Assembly: GCA_038087875.1 (NCBI GenBank)
Contig: CM075997.1
Coordinates: 620,001-684,000 of the forward strand
Source: Malacoraja senta
Taxonomy: Eukaryota
Direction: 5' to 3'
Length of the DNA stretch: 64,000 bases
The notes under the pieces are model-generated. The model saw only the letters and a list, made by a program, of their open reading frames with translations. It had not been told where the DNA came from and searched no databases. This document shows, piece after piece, positions 31,881-45,264 of this stretch. A program made the position numbers and the translations under genes. Positions within the stretch are counted from its first letter, which is position 1. Every line of letters starts with the position of its first letter.

Positions 31881-32526
31881 TAAATGTACCAAGGCAGAAG
31901 AACAAAATACAAGATACAAGAAGAGGTAGATACCAAATGCAGCAGTAACTCAGCGGGATAGGCAGCATTTCTGGAGAGAAGGAGTGGGTGACGTTTCGGG
32001 TCAAGACCCTTCTTCAGACTAGGACCCAACCAGAACTGTCACCTATTCCTTCTCTCCAGGGACACTGCCTGTCCTGCTGAGTTACTCAAGCATTTTGTGT
32101 CTATCTCCCGTATAAACCAGCATTTTCAGTTCCTTCCTACACAGAAGTGCTGATCTCCGAGCTAATGCTGGGCATCATTTGAACATCATATGAGGGTTGG
32201 AGAGACGAAAGATGTTTGATTTTAGTTCATTGTCACGTGTACCGAGGTAGAGTGAAAGGCCTTTGTTGCGTGCTAACCAGTCAGCGGAAAGACAATACAT
32301 GATTACAAATCAAGCCGTCCACAGTGTATAGATACACGATAAAGGGAATAACATGAAAGAACGTTTAGTGCAAGATAAAGCAAGTAAAGTCTGGTCTAAA
32401 GTTAGACTGAGACTCGCCAATGAGGCAGATAGTAGCTCAGGACTGTAAATAGATGGGAAATTTAAAAAAAAAACACAATGTGTTGGAAATAGCAAGGCAG
32501 GAAGCATTGATGGAGCGAGAAACAGC

Positions 32527-32808
32527 CGGCACAGTGGTGCAATGGTAGAGTTGCTACCTCACAGTGTCAGAACCTCGGGTTCGATCCTGACTATGGGTGC
32601 CAGTCTGTATGTAGTTTGTACCTTCTCCCCGTGACACGCGAGGGTTTTCTCCGAGATTTACGGTTCCTCCCAAACTCCAAAGACGTACAGGTTTATAGGT
32701 TAATCTGCTAGGTATAAATTAAATTGTCCCTAGTGTGGGGATCGCTGGTCGGTGTGGACTTAGTGGGCCGAAGGGCCTGTTTCCCGCTGTCTCTCCAAGC
32801 TAAACTAT
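32527..32808 (+). mobile_element. tRNA-derived V-SINE (HE1-like), representative copy
   Basis: A-box-like ggcacagtggtgcaatggtaga, B-box ggttcgatcc, V-domain core tttgtaccttctccccgtgac..ctccca and a CR1-like tail ending ctaaact. Many copies, e.g. 12240-12520, 14050-14345, 27990-28325 (-), 33948-34240 (-) and 54930-55200 (-). Confidence 0.8.
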
Positions 32809-33835
32809 AATGGTAAGGTGAAGAATCTTCAACTTGAAACATTATGTTTAAGAAAGAACTGCAGATGGTGGAGAAATCGAAGGTAGACAAAAATGCTGGA
32901 GAAACTCAGCAGGTGAGGCAGCATCTATGGAGCGAAGGAATAGGTGACATTTCAGGTCGAGACGACCCGAAACGTCACCTATTCCTACCCTTCATAGATG
33001 CTGCCTCACCCGCTGAGTTTCTCCAGCATTTTTGTCGACCATCTATAAAAATGGAACCCGTTTGTTACTCCGGAATGGGCTGTATTTGCCCGAGGAAGGA
33101 GGATATTCGGCCCATCAATGTATGCTGGGTTACAGAGCAGCTCCATGCTCCCACTCATTCCCCATGTATTACTCTCTCACCCACCCCCCCCCCCCCCCCC
33201 ATTCCCATCAATTCCTCTGGATCCCATCCACAGCTGTTCACTGGGGGCATTTTACAGTCACCAATCAACCTACCAACCTGCACCTCATTTGGAGGAAACC
33301 GGAGCATTTGAGGGAAACTGCAGAAAATGCTGCAAATACTCAGCAGGTCAGGCTGCACCTGTGAGAAGGGGGGCTGTGTAGGAAGGAAATGCAGCTGCTG
33401 GTTCAAACCGAAGATAGACACACAAAAAGCTCAGCGGGACAGGCAGCATGTCTGTAGAGAAGGAATGGATGATGTTTCGGGTCGAGACCTTTCCTGAGAA
33501 GCGGAACAGTTTCTGGTCAACAATTCTTTATTTTGCAGAACTGGGAAGAAAGTAAAGAAACTTCTTAGACTCCCCCCCCCCAGAGGTTAGCTAACTTACT
33601 TTCTCTTCTACCCAGTTCTGACAAAAGATCTTTGACCTGAAATCTGAGCTCTGATCTTCCTCCCGCAGACACCGCCTGACCTGCTGAGTATTTCCAGCAT
33701 TTGCAGATTTAAAAAAAAAATTCATAGGTAAATGGTAGGTTGTCCTCAATTGCAAGGGGGATTCGAAAATCAAAAGTCTTACGGTAAATTTACCAAGAAG
33801 ATATCTACTTGCCTTGAGGCCTGTTTCTGAGAGAT

Positions 33836-36831
33836 TCAATGGACTGTTTCCTCGTTTGAGACATCTGTCCTGTGGGAAGATAAGGAGCAAGATTGTCCAC
33901 CTTTGAATCCGCTGTTATATTTTAATATTAAATATTTTAATATTTTAGTTTAGAGATACAGCACAGAAACAGGCCCTTTTGACCCACCGGGTCCGCGCCG
34001 ACCAGCGATCCCCGCACACTAACACTATCCCGCACACACAAGGGACAATTTACAATTTTACCAAAGCCAATTAACCTACAAACCTGTACGTCTATGGAGT
34101 GTGGGAGGAAACCGGAGCACCCGGAGAAAACCCACGCGGATCACAGGGCGAATGTACAAACTCCGTACAGACAGCAAGCGTGGTCAGGATCGAACCTGGG
34201 TCTCTGGCGCTGGAAGGCAGCAGCTCTACCTCTCCACCACCATGCCAGCATTTTAATTGTGGATTTATATACCGATTGGGTGAGGTATTTTTTATCAATG
34301 TAATTTAGTTTGGATCCCATGGAATAAATCTTCCCCTTCCCTCCGATCGGCAGACAGTGGTTGTCAAAATAGGTTCCTACCTTGAATACAGTTCGATACG
34401 CTGCATTGAGTATGGATGGGAGGCACTTTTCAATTTGTCAATGATGTACCGGATAAGGATGAGGAGAATAATGAGAGCAATCACCAAAGTTGGGATCATG
34501 GCTGCTGCAATGAACAAAACGAATATAGTAAACCCTAAATTTATGAAAATTGATGACATTACTTTCTCCCTATATGAGAATAGCTCCTGGCCTTCCTCTT
34601 GTGGGGCAGTGGGCAGGTGTTGTACACCTGCACGGGAAGGTAGACGATCCCGGCCCCACGAGTCTCAGGCAGATGGGGCTCGTCAGCCTGGGAAGGCAGT
34701 CCATCTAGGAGAGGGAAAACTCTGATTTAAAACCTCCACTGCCTTGTGGCCATATCCAGTCATGGAAAAGGCTCCAGGAGTGAACCTCAAGAAAATCCGG
34801 AGTCGGAGCCCCTACGGCAGTTCGTCGTTGTCTACAACCTCGCTCAGGCAGCTCCTGCGACAGCGCTGGTGCCAAACTGTAACGGCCCTGCTGTTCCTTT
34901 GGATCGATCAGCAACGTGGAGAGGGGGGACGGGACGTGCTGCATGGGCAACAGCCTGTCCTCCATATGACATCGCCCAGTCATGACCGAGGAGGGCCTAC
35001 TACTACTAATAATACTACTACTACTACTTCCTCTTGTTATGTTTGTTTTTGGGGCATGTAATCATCGCTGGCAAGCCTTGAGTTTAGCATCCTTACCTAA
35101 ACAACCTTGGAAGGTGTTGGTGACCAGCCTTCATGGACCACTCCCTTTCTTCGGGTGAAGGAGGTCCTGCAGGGCTGTTGGGAGCAAAAAGAACAGTATT
35201 TAAACAAATGACAATGAAGGAAAAGTAAAGGAAGACAAAAATGCTGGAGTTTCACCCGCTGAGTTTCTCCAGCATTTTTGTCTACCTTCGATTTTTCCAG
35301 CATCTGTAGTTCTTTCTTAAACATGAAGGAAACGTAAGATTGGACTTGAAGGGAAGCTGACAGAGGGTATTAGAGTCATCGAGCCTTTGGCCCAACTTTC
35401 CCATGCTGAGTAACATGTCCCATTTACACTAGTCCCACCTGCCTGCGTTTGGCCCATATCCCTCTAAATCTGTCCCAGTTCATTATTGCCACGGAAGGCT
35501 GTGGAGGCCACGTCAATGCATATTTTTAAGGAGGAGATTGAAAGATTCTTGATGAGTACGGGTGTTAGGGGTTATGGGGAGAAGGCAGGAAAATGGAGCT
35601 GAGAAGGAAAGATAGATTAGCCATGATTGAATGGTGGAGTAGATTTGATGGGCAGAATGGCCTAATTATGCTCCTCCAACTTAAGAACTTATGAAAACAT
35701 TGAGGAGACCCTTCAGCCCCTCAAGCCCACTCTGGAATTCTGCTCCTATAACTAATGAATATAAAATAATAAAAACTGCAACCTGTACGCAGCTTGAAAA
35801 GGAGGACTGCAAGAGAAAACACTAAGAAATTACTATTTCCTTGTGGCACTGTTGAACATGTTCAAACACACAAACATACCAGACACTGCCACCTGCACTC
35901 ATTTGCACCTACATGTGCAATCTGGCACATGCAAAGGCAAAACATATAGTGAAGATAGACACAAAATCTAGAGTAACTCAGCGGGACAGACAGCATCTTT
36001 GGAGAGAAGGAATGGGTGATGTTTCAGATTGAGACCTGAAGGGTCTCGACCAGAAATGTCACCCATTCCGTCCCTCTAGAGATGCTGCCTGTCTTGCTGA
36101 GTTACTTCACCATTTTGTGTCTATTTTTCGTGTAAACCAATATCTGCAGTTCCTCCCTCAACATACAGTGCAACACAGACGGAACGGATATATGTAAACA
36201 TGTCCACAAAGAGGCACACAAAGTACTCAAGAAAGCCAAAGACATTCAAGCAGGCACATATGCGAATACACACAGGAATGTGTAGATAGAGCTGTGCATG
36301 TTCATAAAAATACTGGAAGAACTGGAAAAAATTGTCAGTCTACACACACACACGTTTGAAACCTACCGTACTCCATCAAGTTCAGACTGGAATGGACCAG
36401 TCAGAATGAGAGTGGGAGGCAAAAGTTTCAGTAGACAATATGTGCAGGAATAGGCTATTCGGCCCTTCGATCCAGCACCGCCATTCAATGTGATCATGGC
36501 TGATCATCCCCAATCAGTACCCCGTTCCTCCCTTCTCCCCATATCCCCTGACTCCGCTATCTTTAAGAGCCCTATCTAGCTCTCTCTTGAAAGCGTCCAG
36601 AGAACCGGCTTCCACCGCCCTCTGAGGCAGAGGATTCCACAGACCCACACAGACTCTGTGTGAAAAAGTGTTTCCTCATCTCCGTTCTAAATGGCTTACT
36701 CCTTATTCTTTCCTTATATCACTTGCCAAATCGAGAAGAAGTAAATGAAATTAGAAGTGGGAACTCATCTAAATAGTAGGCAAGCTTCTGGTACGAGAAG
36801 GTTCTCGATTGGAAACCATGGCAACGTAACC
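33836..36831 (-). CDS. Tentative uncharacterised single-pass membrane protein (3' exons)
   Basis: Phase-compatible open exons 36831-36727 (GC donor), 34534-34381 (hydrophobic FTIFVLFIAAAMIPTLVIALIILLILIRYII followed by basic residues; donor AG/GTAGGA) and 33869-33836 (TDVSNEETVH*; acceptor ttcccacag). No homologue recognised. Confidence 0.35.
34603..35026 (+). mobile_element. Full-length short non-autonomous RTE-like retroelement with (TAC)n tail
   Basis: 11-bp TSD cttcctcttgt at 34592-34602 and 35027-35037; (TAC/TAA)n tail; RTE-type 5'UTR motif; second copy at 4314-4722. Confidence 0.8.
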
Positions 36832-38651
36832 CTGAAATATCACAGTCATCGAGTGAAATCACAATGACACATCTTCTTCTGGTCAGCCTCTTAGCGTAGG
36901 GTTGCTTTCAGTTGTAAACACACTGATGTAGCACAGTGCGGGAGTGGATATTTTTTCTGGAGTACAATAGCAGGCAAAGCTCACATGGAATGGGAGAATT
37001 AAAACATATTGTGAGGGTTTACTTATGATTTTTCAAGTGGAACACGGAGGCTAACGTGTTAGAGTCACAAAGTCACACAGCACGGTATCGCAGTATAGAA
37101 GTGTGAAAATGGGAACAGTTTCTTCCAAGCTGTTATCAGGCAACTGAACCATCCTACCACAACCAGAGAGCAGTGCTGAACTACTATCTACAGCTTTGGT
37201 GACCCTCGGGTCTATCCTTGGTTGGACTTTGCTGGCTTTACCTTGCACTTAATGTGCAAACTAAATCCATGTGAGCCATTAAACTGACAGAGAGTGGTGA
37301 GTCTGTGGAATTCTCTGCCTCAGAGGGCGGTGGAGGCAGGTACTCTGGATTCTTTCAAGAGAGAGCTAGATAGGGCTCTTAAAAATAGCGGAGTCAGGGG
37401 ATATGAGGAGAAGGCAGGAACGGGGTACTGATTGGGAATGATCAGCCATGATCACATTGAATGGCGGTGCTGGCTCGAAGGGCCGAATGGCCTACTCCTG
37501 CACCTATTGTCTATTGTCTATTGTTATTCCCTTATCATGTATCTATGCACTGTAAATGGGTCGATTGTAATCATGTATTCTCTTTCTGCTGACTGGTTAG
37601 CATGCAACAAAAAATCTTTTCACTGTACTGTACCTCGGTACACGTGACAATAAACTAAACTGAAATAAACAGGCCCTTTGGCCCAGCTTGTCCAAGCTGA
37701 CCAAGATATCCCATCTACACCAGGCCCATGTCACTTTAAACCTTTCCTATCCATGTTGACAAGGAACTGCTGATGCTGGTTTACAAAATAAAAAGACACA
37801 ATGTGTTGGCGGAACTCAGTGGGTCAGGCAGTATCTCCGGAGAACATGGATAAACGATAGTCTGAAGAAGGGTCCCAACTTGAAAGATCACGTATCCATT
37901 TTCTTCAGAGATGCTGCCTGACCTGGAAAGAGTGGATGTGGGGAGAATGTCTCCACTAGTGGGGAGAGTCTAGGAACAGAGGTCACAGCCTCAGAATTAA
38001 AGGAAGTTCGTTTGGGAAGGAGATGAGGAGGAATTTCTTTAGTCAGAGGGTTGTGAATCTGTGGAATTCATTGCCACAGAAGGCTGTGGATGCCAAGTCA
38101 ATGGATATTTTTAAGGCAGAGATAGATAGGTTCTTGATTAGTATGGGTGTCGGGGTTATGGGGAGGAGGCAGGAGATGGGATTAGATGGATCAGCCATGA
38201 TTGAATGGCAGAGTAGACTTGATGGACCAAATGGCCTAATTCTGCACCTATCACTTATGAACTTATGACCCGCTGAATTTCTCCAGCACTTTGAGTGCTA
38301 AAGTGCTGATGAGCGAATGGGAGCTGTTGTTCTGATTTGATAACACCTTGCAATTTACCATTCTCATTCTTGTTTCCATATCTCTTCTTGAGCTTCCTTT
38401 TTCTTGTCTTGATAACCTCATCCAAACCATAATTATCTCAGATCCCTTTGTTCCTCCATTTTTAGCCTCTGAGTAATCTCAAATTTAATAGCTCCAACTA
38501 ACGACCTGCTCCCCGAAATCTGGACTTCCCACTCCGAGTCCCCTCACACCATCCGTCCCACACTAAGATAGACACAAAACGCTGGAGTAACTCACCGTAT
38601 CAAACAGCAACTCTGGAGAAAAGGAATAGGTGACGATTCGGGTCTCGACCA

Positions 38652-38908
38652 GAAACGTCACCTCTCCATGTCCTCCAGAGATGCTGCCTGTCCCGCTGAG
38701 TTACTCCAGCACTCTGTGAAACGTCACCTATCCATGTTCTCCACAGATGCTGCCTGACCCGCTGAGTTACTCCAGCACTCTGTGAAACGTCACCTATCCA
38801 TGTTCTTCACAGATGCTGCCTGACCCGCTGAGTTACTCCAGCACTCTGTGAAACGTCACCTATCCATGTTCTTCACAGATGCTGCCTGTCCCGCTGAGTT
38901 ACTCCAGC
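38652..38908. repeat. About 65-bp x4 tandem amplification of a Penelope-derived terminal segment
   Basis: gaaacgtcacctatccatgttct..gagttactccagcactctgt repeated four times. Confidence 0.88.
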
Positions 38909-39804
38909 TGTTTGTGTCTATCTTCGGTTGAAACCAAAGCTTTGCTTTTACACTAAGCTTTTTGTCAGCTGGTCTGATATATTATTAGTTGGCTTTGATG
39001 TCAGATTCATTTCAATAAAAAACTGAAATTTTTTGAGGTTGTTTTACTTGTTTAAGGGTGGGGTTCTTTACAATGCAATCTTTTGACAGGAAAGCCCACA
39101 CAGTGAAACTGCAGCCCTTTCCGACAATGCATTAAATGGAGGAAAATATTTGTCTTGTCATCTTGCCTTGGACGCATGCCAATTATCTTGAAACCTGCAG
39201 GGAAGAACTGCAGATGCTGTTTAACACCGAGGATTGACATAAAATGCTGGAGTAACTCAGTGGGTCAGACAGCATCTCTGGAGAGAAGGAATGGATGATG
39301 TTTCGGGTTGTGACATGAAATGAAACGTCACCCATTCCTTCTCTCCAGATATGCTGCCTGCCCCGCTGAGTTACTCTGTGTTTTTGTGTCTGTCTTCATT
39401 ACACACATATCTAACTTCAGACTTCTAAAAACATAATGAACAGGAGATGTAATCGTTTGTAGTTTTAGTTTAGTTTAGAGAAACTTTAAATCTCCTTCCC
39501 ATTTCTACACAGACCTTTCTGTCCTAGGTCTCCTCCATTGTCAGAGTGAGGCTAAACACAAATTGGAGGAACAGCATCTCATATTTCGCTTGGGCAGCTT
39601 ACAGCCGAGTGGAATGAATATTGATATCTTTCGCTACAGGTATCCCAGCTTTCTTACGCTCTTTATCCCTCCTCCACCCAAGTAACACTAGCTTCTCGTT
39701 TTCACCCAACAAACAGCTAACAATTTCCTGTATCCTTTATCCTCGTTACTTTTTTGCATATCTTTTATTCATTGTTCTTTATCTCTCCACATCATTGTCT
39801 ATAT

Positions 39805-40179
39805 CAAAGACCCTATAGCAAGCAAGATAGACCACTCGATGAAAAAGACGTAGTACGGTCATGGGCAGATGCAAGGGTAATTTTCGGCCCCATTTCCATA
39901 ACCGGCTTCCGTCTCCGCACTAAAAATCCCATAGGATACTAGTGCGGAGACGGAAGCCGGTTACGGAAACATCCTCGTAAAAATAAAAGTTTTTTGGGAA
40001 AAATCTTCTCCTCGTTTTCAGAATTATAATTTATTAACACAAACTGTTCCCCCACTGCGAGTCGGGTCCGGTTACTGAAATGGATGAAAAAAAGGCCCAC
40101 GTTCCGCTCCGTTGCGTAGTACACATCAGCACATTGCATTTAGAAGGAGTGGTCTATCTTGCTTGCTATAGGATCTTTG
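39805..40179. mobile_element. hAT-type MITE inserted in a Penelope-derived fragment
   Basis: About 33-bp TIRs (CAAAGACCCTATAGCAAGCAAGATAGACCACTC and its near complement); 8-bp TSD GTCTATAT at 39797-39804 and 40180-40187; internal 30-bp hairpin. Confidence 0.88.
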
Positions 40180-41300
40180 GTCTATATCTCTCGTTTCCCT
40201 TATCCCTAACCAGTCTGAAGAAGAGTCTCGCCCCGAAACGTCACCCATTCCTTCTCTCCAGAGATGCTGCCTGTCCCGCTGAGTTACTCCAGCTTTTTGT
40301 GTCTATCTTGAAACCTCTCCTCTATTTGGGTGACTCCCAGTGTGAGCTGTTTCTAGCTACTGCCTTACAGCGCCAGAGACCCGGGTTCAATCCTGACTAC
40401 AGGTGCTGTCTGTACAGAGTTTGTACGTTCTCCCCCGTGACCCGCATGGGGTTTTCTGCCAGATCTTCGGTTTCCTCCCATACTCCAAAGACGTACAGGT
40501 TTGTAGGTTAATTGGCTTGGTAGAGATGTCAATTGTCTGTAGTGTGTGTAGGATAGTGTAAGTGTGCAGGGATCACCAGTCAGTGCCGACTCGGTGGGCC
40601 GAAGGGCCCGTTTCCATGCTGTATCTCTAAACTAAACAAGAACAAAGTGAGTACAGAGAGAATGTGTCCATTTGTGGTGATGGATGGAACCAGAGGCAAA
40701 CAATGTAAGATGGTCAACACATAATCCATTGGGAGTTGGGAAGAAACTCCTTTGTCCAGAGTGGGGAGAATGTGCAACTCAGATCTACCAGGAATGGCTG
40801 AGACAAACTGTGCAGATGGATTTTGGTTCAGGCCGGGATAGGAGGTAAGGTTCAATTCAGTTTTAGTTTATTGCCACGTGTACCGAAATGCAGTGAAGAG
40901 CTTTCGTTGCGTGCTAACCAGCCAGCGGAAAGACAATACATGATTGCAATTGAGCCATTTACAGTGTACAGATACATGATAAGGGAGGGTTGGAAAGAGA
41001 GTTGTGTTGATAGATGAGCCTAAACTTTTGAACTTGGAGTGTATAATTATCGATATTGGAACTACCAGAACAAATGTTTGGACTGAAGGCACACCCACGC
41101 TGCGGTATCTTCAAGAAGAGTCACTGATGCTTTTAACTGGGAAGGGGAAGGGGAAGGGATGGAAGAGAAAGCAAGGGCTTTCTGTTCATACCGCTGGGGT
41201 GTAAACTGCCCAAGAGAAATATGAGGTGCTGTTCCTCCAATTTGCACTGAGCCTCACTCTGACAATGGAGGAGGCCCAAGACAGAAAGGTCAGATTGGGA

Positions 41301-41690
41301 ATAGACAATAGACAATAGACAATAGGTGCAGGAGTAGGCCATTCGGCCCTTTGAGCCAGCACCGCTATTCAATGTGATCATGGCTGATCATCCCCAATCA
41401 GTACCCCGTTCCTGCCTTCGCTCCATATCCCCTGACTCCGCCATTTTTAAGAGCCCTATCTAGCTCTCTCTTGAAAGCATCCAGAGAACCTGCCTCCACC
41501 ATCCTCTGAGGCAGAGAATTCCACAGACTCACCACACTCTGTGAGAAAAAGAGTTTCCTCGTCTCCGTTCTAAATGGCTTACTCCTTATACTTAAACTGT
41601 GGCCCCTGGTTCTGGACTCCCCCAACATTGGGAACATGTTTCCTGCCTCTAGCGTGTCCAAACCCTTAACAATCTTATATGTTTCAATGG
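41301..41690 (-). mobile_element. CR1-clade LINE 3' fragment with (CTATTGT)n tail
   Basis: FPMLGESRTRGHSL..LWNSLPQR and the tail atagacaatagacaatagac. Similar copies lie at about 24030-24442, 36432-36710, 37290-37522 and 49120-49470. Confidence 0.8.
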
Positions 41691-43744
41691 GAGGGGGAGT
41701 TGTTGGGCCACCGGAAGATCGGTTATGTTAAGACGGACAGCGTTTCTTGCATCAACTCTGTTTATGCTGCCTGACCCGCTGATTGTTTCTTATACTCTAC
41801 ATTTTTATTTCAGTCTAACATTTCGGGGTATAGCAGGCAAGTGCAACAGGCAAGAGCCAAGCCTATGAGGAAGCAAATGTTCACATTGCAGGGCTACTTG
41901 TCCAACAGTTCTGGATTGGAGCCCAAATCAATAGGACAAACGAAAAAAACAAATAAACAAATAAGAGACTTCAAACTCTCCTGATGAGTTAATTCCCAGG
42001 GCCAGAGACTCTCGCTGAAAATTGAGGGATAGGGGTTCTCAACAGAATAAACGGGCAGAAGTTAGAGAGAAAGCAGAGCGGGAGAAGTGAACAGAATTGG
42101 CAAAAATCCAGAGAAGGATGACTGGACAAATTTTACTTTGTTGTTTGTGATCAGGAATGTGCCGCCAGCCAGGGTGGAGGCACCGTAATTAATGAGAACA
42201 TTTAAGATAGTTTTGTATTTACATAATGCTCCGAAGATAAGTAAATATATTTCCACAAAGAGGGTTATGAAACATTTGGACAAGGTGTACCATGAGGAAA
42301 TATCTGGAAAGTTGACAAAAAGGAGGGAGAGAAAGAAACCAGTAAGTAAGTAAGTAAGTAAGTTTATTGGCCAAATATTCACATACAAGGAATTTGCCTT
42401 GGTGCTCCGCCCACAAGTAACAACAAGTTCAAGTGAGTTTATTGTCATGTGTCCCTGATAGGACAATGAAATTCTTGCTTTGCTTCAGCACAACAGAACA
42501 TAGTAGGCATTGACTACAAAACAGATCAGTGTGTCCATATACCATACAGTGTCCATATACCTTATAACAGATCAGTGTGTCCAACATGACATACAGTGAC
42601 AGTTACGAGATTACGAGAAAACAAGAGATTTTTTATGAGGAGACGCCCAAGTTCAGGGTCACAGTGGTGGGACTGAGGAAAACAGAGTTGCTTGTCGGGG
42701 CCAGAACAGGAGAAGCCCAGAGATCTTGGTGAGATGTGGGGCTGAAGGGTGCACACTTGTTCATGACCGCTCTCTGCATCGGCACTGACTCTCTCTAAGT
42801 GAACAAGGAGGAGGACTGGCTGAACTTTGTTGCCTTCCACCACAGTGAAGAAAGCTGTGGTGGATGTTTGTGTTAAATTTCATTGTGTATTGTGTGTTCT
42901 TTTTAAGTGTATCGCTGCTGGCAAATTCATTTCACTGCACCTTCGGGTGTATGTGACGAATAAGATTGACTTTGACTTTGACTCTATTTCAAATCTATTT
43001 TCCACTCTCAACTACCATTTTCCATCGTGCAAAATACACATCTTCTAGATGCGCTGGGACGCATCCTCAGTGATGTGACCTGGGATCATCGGGTGTTTCG
43101 GGTATCACAACATCAGACACCGTCGCCCAGGTGACCCAGCCGGGGTTCATCAGGCCCCGACTTGCGTACCAGCAGCAACCGCCCATGGATCGGCCATCTT
43201 AATAACTACTCTGCAGGGGTTGGGAGACTCTAGTGCGTGGAGGGACTGGGCTCTGTGGGGTGAGTCCTGGCCGGGCTCCTCCTGCGTCTCACCAGGTTCA
43301 AGGCCTGTGCTGCTGCACCTCTTTCTCCTTCTCCGAGCATTTCATTCTCGCCTGATGGATTTTTAGGCCACGGTGGTTCATTAGGCCTTTCCGTAGCTTT
43401 ATTGGGTGACTTTCTCACGAAAGACACAGAATGGGGTGCTAACCCAGCCTGTCCCGGGTGCCGTCTTTCAATTATTCAACTGATGTTGAATTACTCAACT
43501 ACTCAATTTCCAGTCAAGTAAACATTGATTTTAGTTTAGTTTAGAGATACAACATGGAAACAGGCCCTTCGGCCCACCGAGTCCACAGCGACCATCGACC
43601 ACCCATTCGCACTAGATCTACGTTCTCCCACTTTCTCATCTATTCCCTACACATTAGGAGCAATATTACAGAGGTCAATTAACCTATTAACATCTTTGGG
43701 ATGTGCAAGGAAACGGGGCTACCCACGGGAAACCCATGTAGTCA

Positions 43745-44270
43745 TAGAAACATAGAAAACAGGTGCAGGAGTAGGCCATTTGGCCCTTCGAGTCAGCACC
43801 GCCATTTAATATGATCATGGCTGATCATCCAAAATCAGTACCCCGTTCCTGCTTTCTCCTCATATCCCTTGATTCCGTTAGCCCTAAGAGCTAGATCTAA
43901 CTTTCTCTTGAAAACATCCAGTGAATTGGCCTCCACTGCCTTCTGTGGCAGAGGATTCCACAGATTAACGTCTCTGGTGAAAATGCTTTTCCTCAATTCA
44001 ATCCTAAATGGCCTACCCCTTATTTTTAAACTGTGACCCCCTGGTTCTGGACTCCCCCCAACATCGGGAACATTTTTCCTGAATCTAGCCTGTCCAATCC
44101 CGTAAGATTTGTATATGTTTCAGTAATATATCCTCTCATCCTTCTAAATTCCAGCGAATAGAAGCCCAGTCGATCCATTCTTTCATCATATGTCAGTCCT
44201 GCCATCCAGGGAATTAACCTGGTGACCCTACGCTGCACTCCCTCAATAGCAAGAATGTCCTTCCTCAAAT
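43745..44270 (-). mobile_element. CR1-clade LINE 3' fragment nested in a SINE
   Basis: ILAIEGVQRRVTRLIP..FYSLEFRRMRG plus a (TTCTATG)-type tail; flanked by the two halves of a V-SINE. Confidence 0.8.
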
Positions 44271-45264
44271 GAGGAGGCACGTCACAGGGAGAACGTGCAA
44301 ACTCCGCACAGACAGCACCCAGGGTCATGATTGAACCCTGGTCTCTGGCACTGTGAGGCAACAGTTCTCCCAGCTGAGCCACTCTGCTGCCCTTGCGGCA
44401 ACGATCCTGTTGCAAAGGTATTTTAGGATCAGGTAGAAGGGTTAATGAAGCAGTGGTCCCACAGTCATCGGTACATTGTCAAGGTGTGGATGATGTGGGG
44501 ATTCTTGCCGTCTGACGTCCTGGCAATAGCTGCAACCTTTGAAAGCACCCTTGAACCCGACAGGTGTCAGGACCAAGACGGATTGATGTGTTATGAGTAG
44601 GAAGAGACTGCAGATGCTGGTTTAAACCGAGGATAGACACAAAATGCTGGAGTAACTCAGCTGGTCAGACAGCATCTCAGGAGAGAAGGAGTGGGTGACG
44701 TTTCCCCCCAGAGATGCAGCCTGACCCGCTGAGTTACTCCAGCATTTTGCGTCTATCTTTGACGTGTTCTGAGTTCTTGTGGCCGTCTCTCGTTTGTTTT
44801 GTTTGTGCTATTCTTATAACAAATGTAAAGCACTTTGGCCAACGAGAGTTGTTTTTTTAAATGTGCTATATAAATAAATGTGACTTAACTTGACTTGTCT
44901 CGCATTACTTTTCCATTTCTTAACCAGGGTTGTGTCATTTACCAACGGGGGGTGAATCGGATCAATGGCATCAGATAGAAAATCAGTCTGATAGAAAAAA
45001 CGACCAAGCTTGCGGTTGGTTTTATTGAGAACCTCACTAGTTAATTGCGGGGGGTTTTGACCTGGTCTGGAGGTGGAAATTTTATTTTCAAGGCGGAGGG
45101 AACGCCCGAATGTCCCACCTCCCCACATCAGTCTGCTCGCCGCCCTGTTATAAGGTTGGAACTCTCGGTTGCTGGGTTAGTTGTTTGCTGATCTCAACAG
45201 CAGAGAGTATCCACGCCAGCTAAGAGTTTGCAGAGGGCGGGTGTAACGCTCCTCTGTCGCAGCC

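Noticed and set aside
32527..32600. tRNA gene
   Set aside because: The A/B boxes belong to a SINE head continuous with the V-domain and tail; no cloverleaf.
34650..34700. HDV-like ribozyme using GGCCCCA/TGGGGCT as P1
   Set aside because: Only 15 nt lie between the strands, too few for P2, P3 and L3, and there is no P1.1 GG; not supportable by eye.
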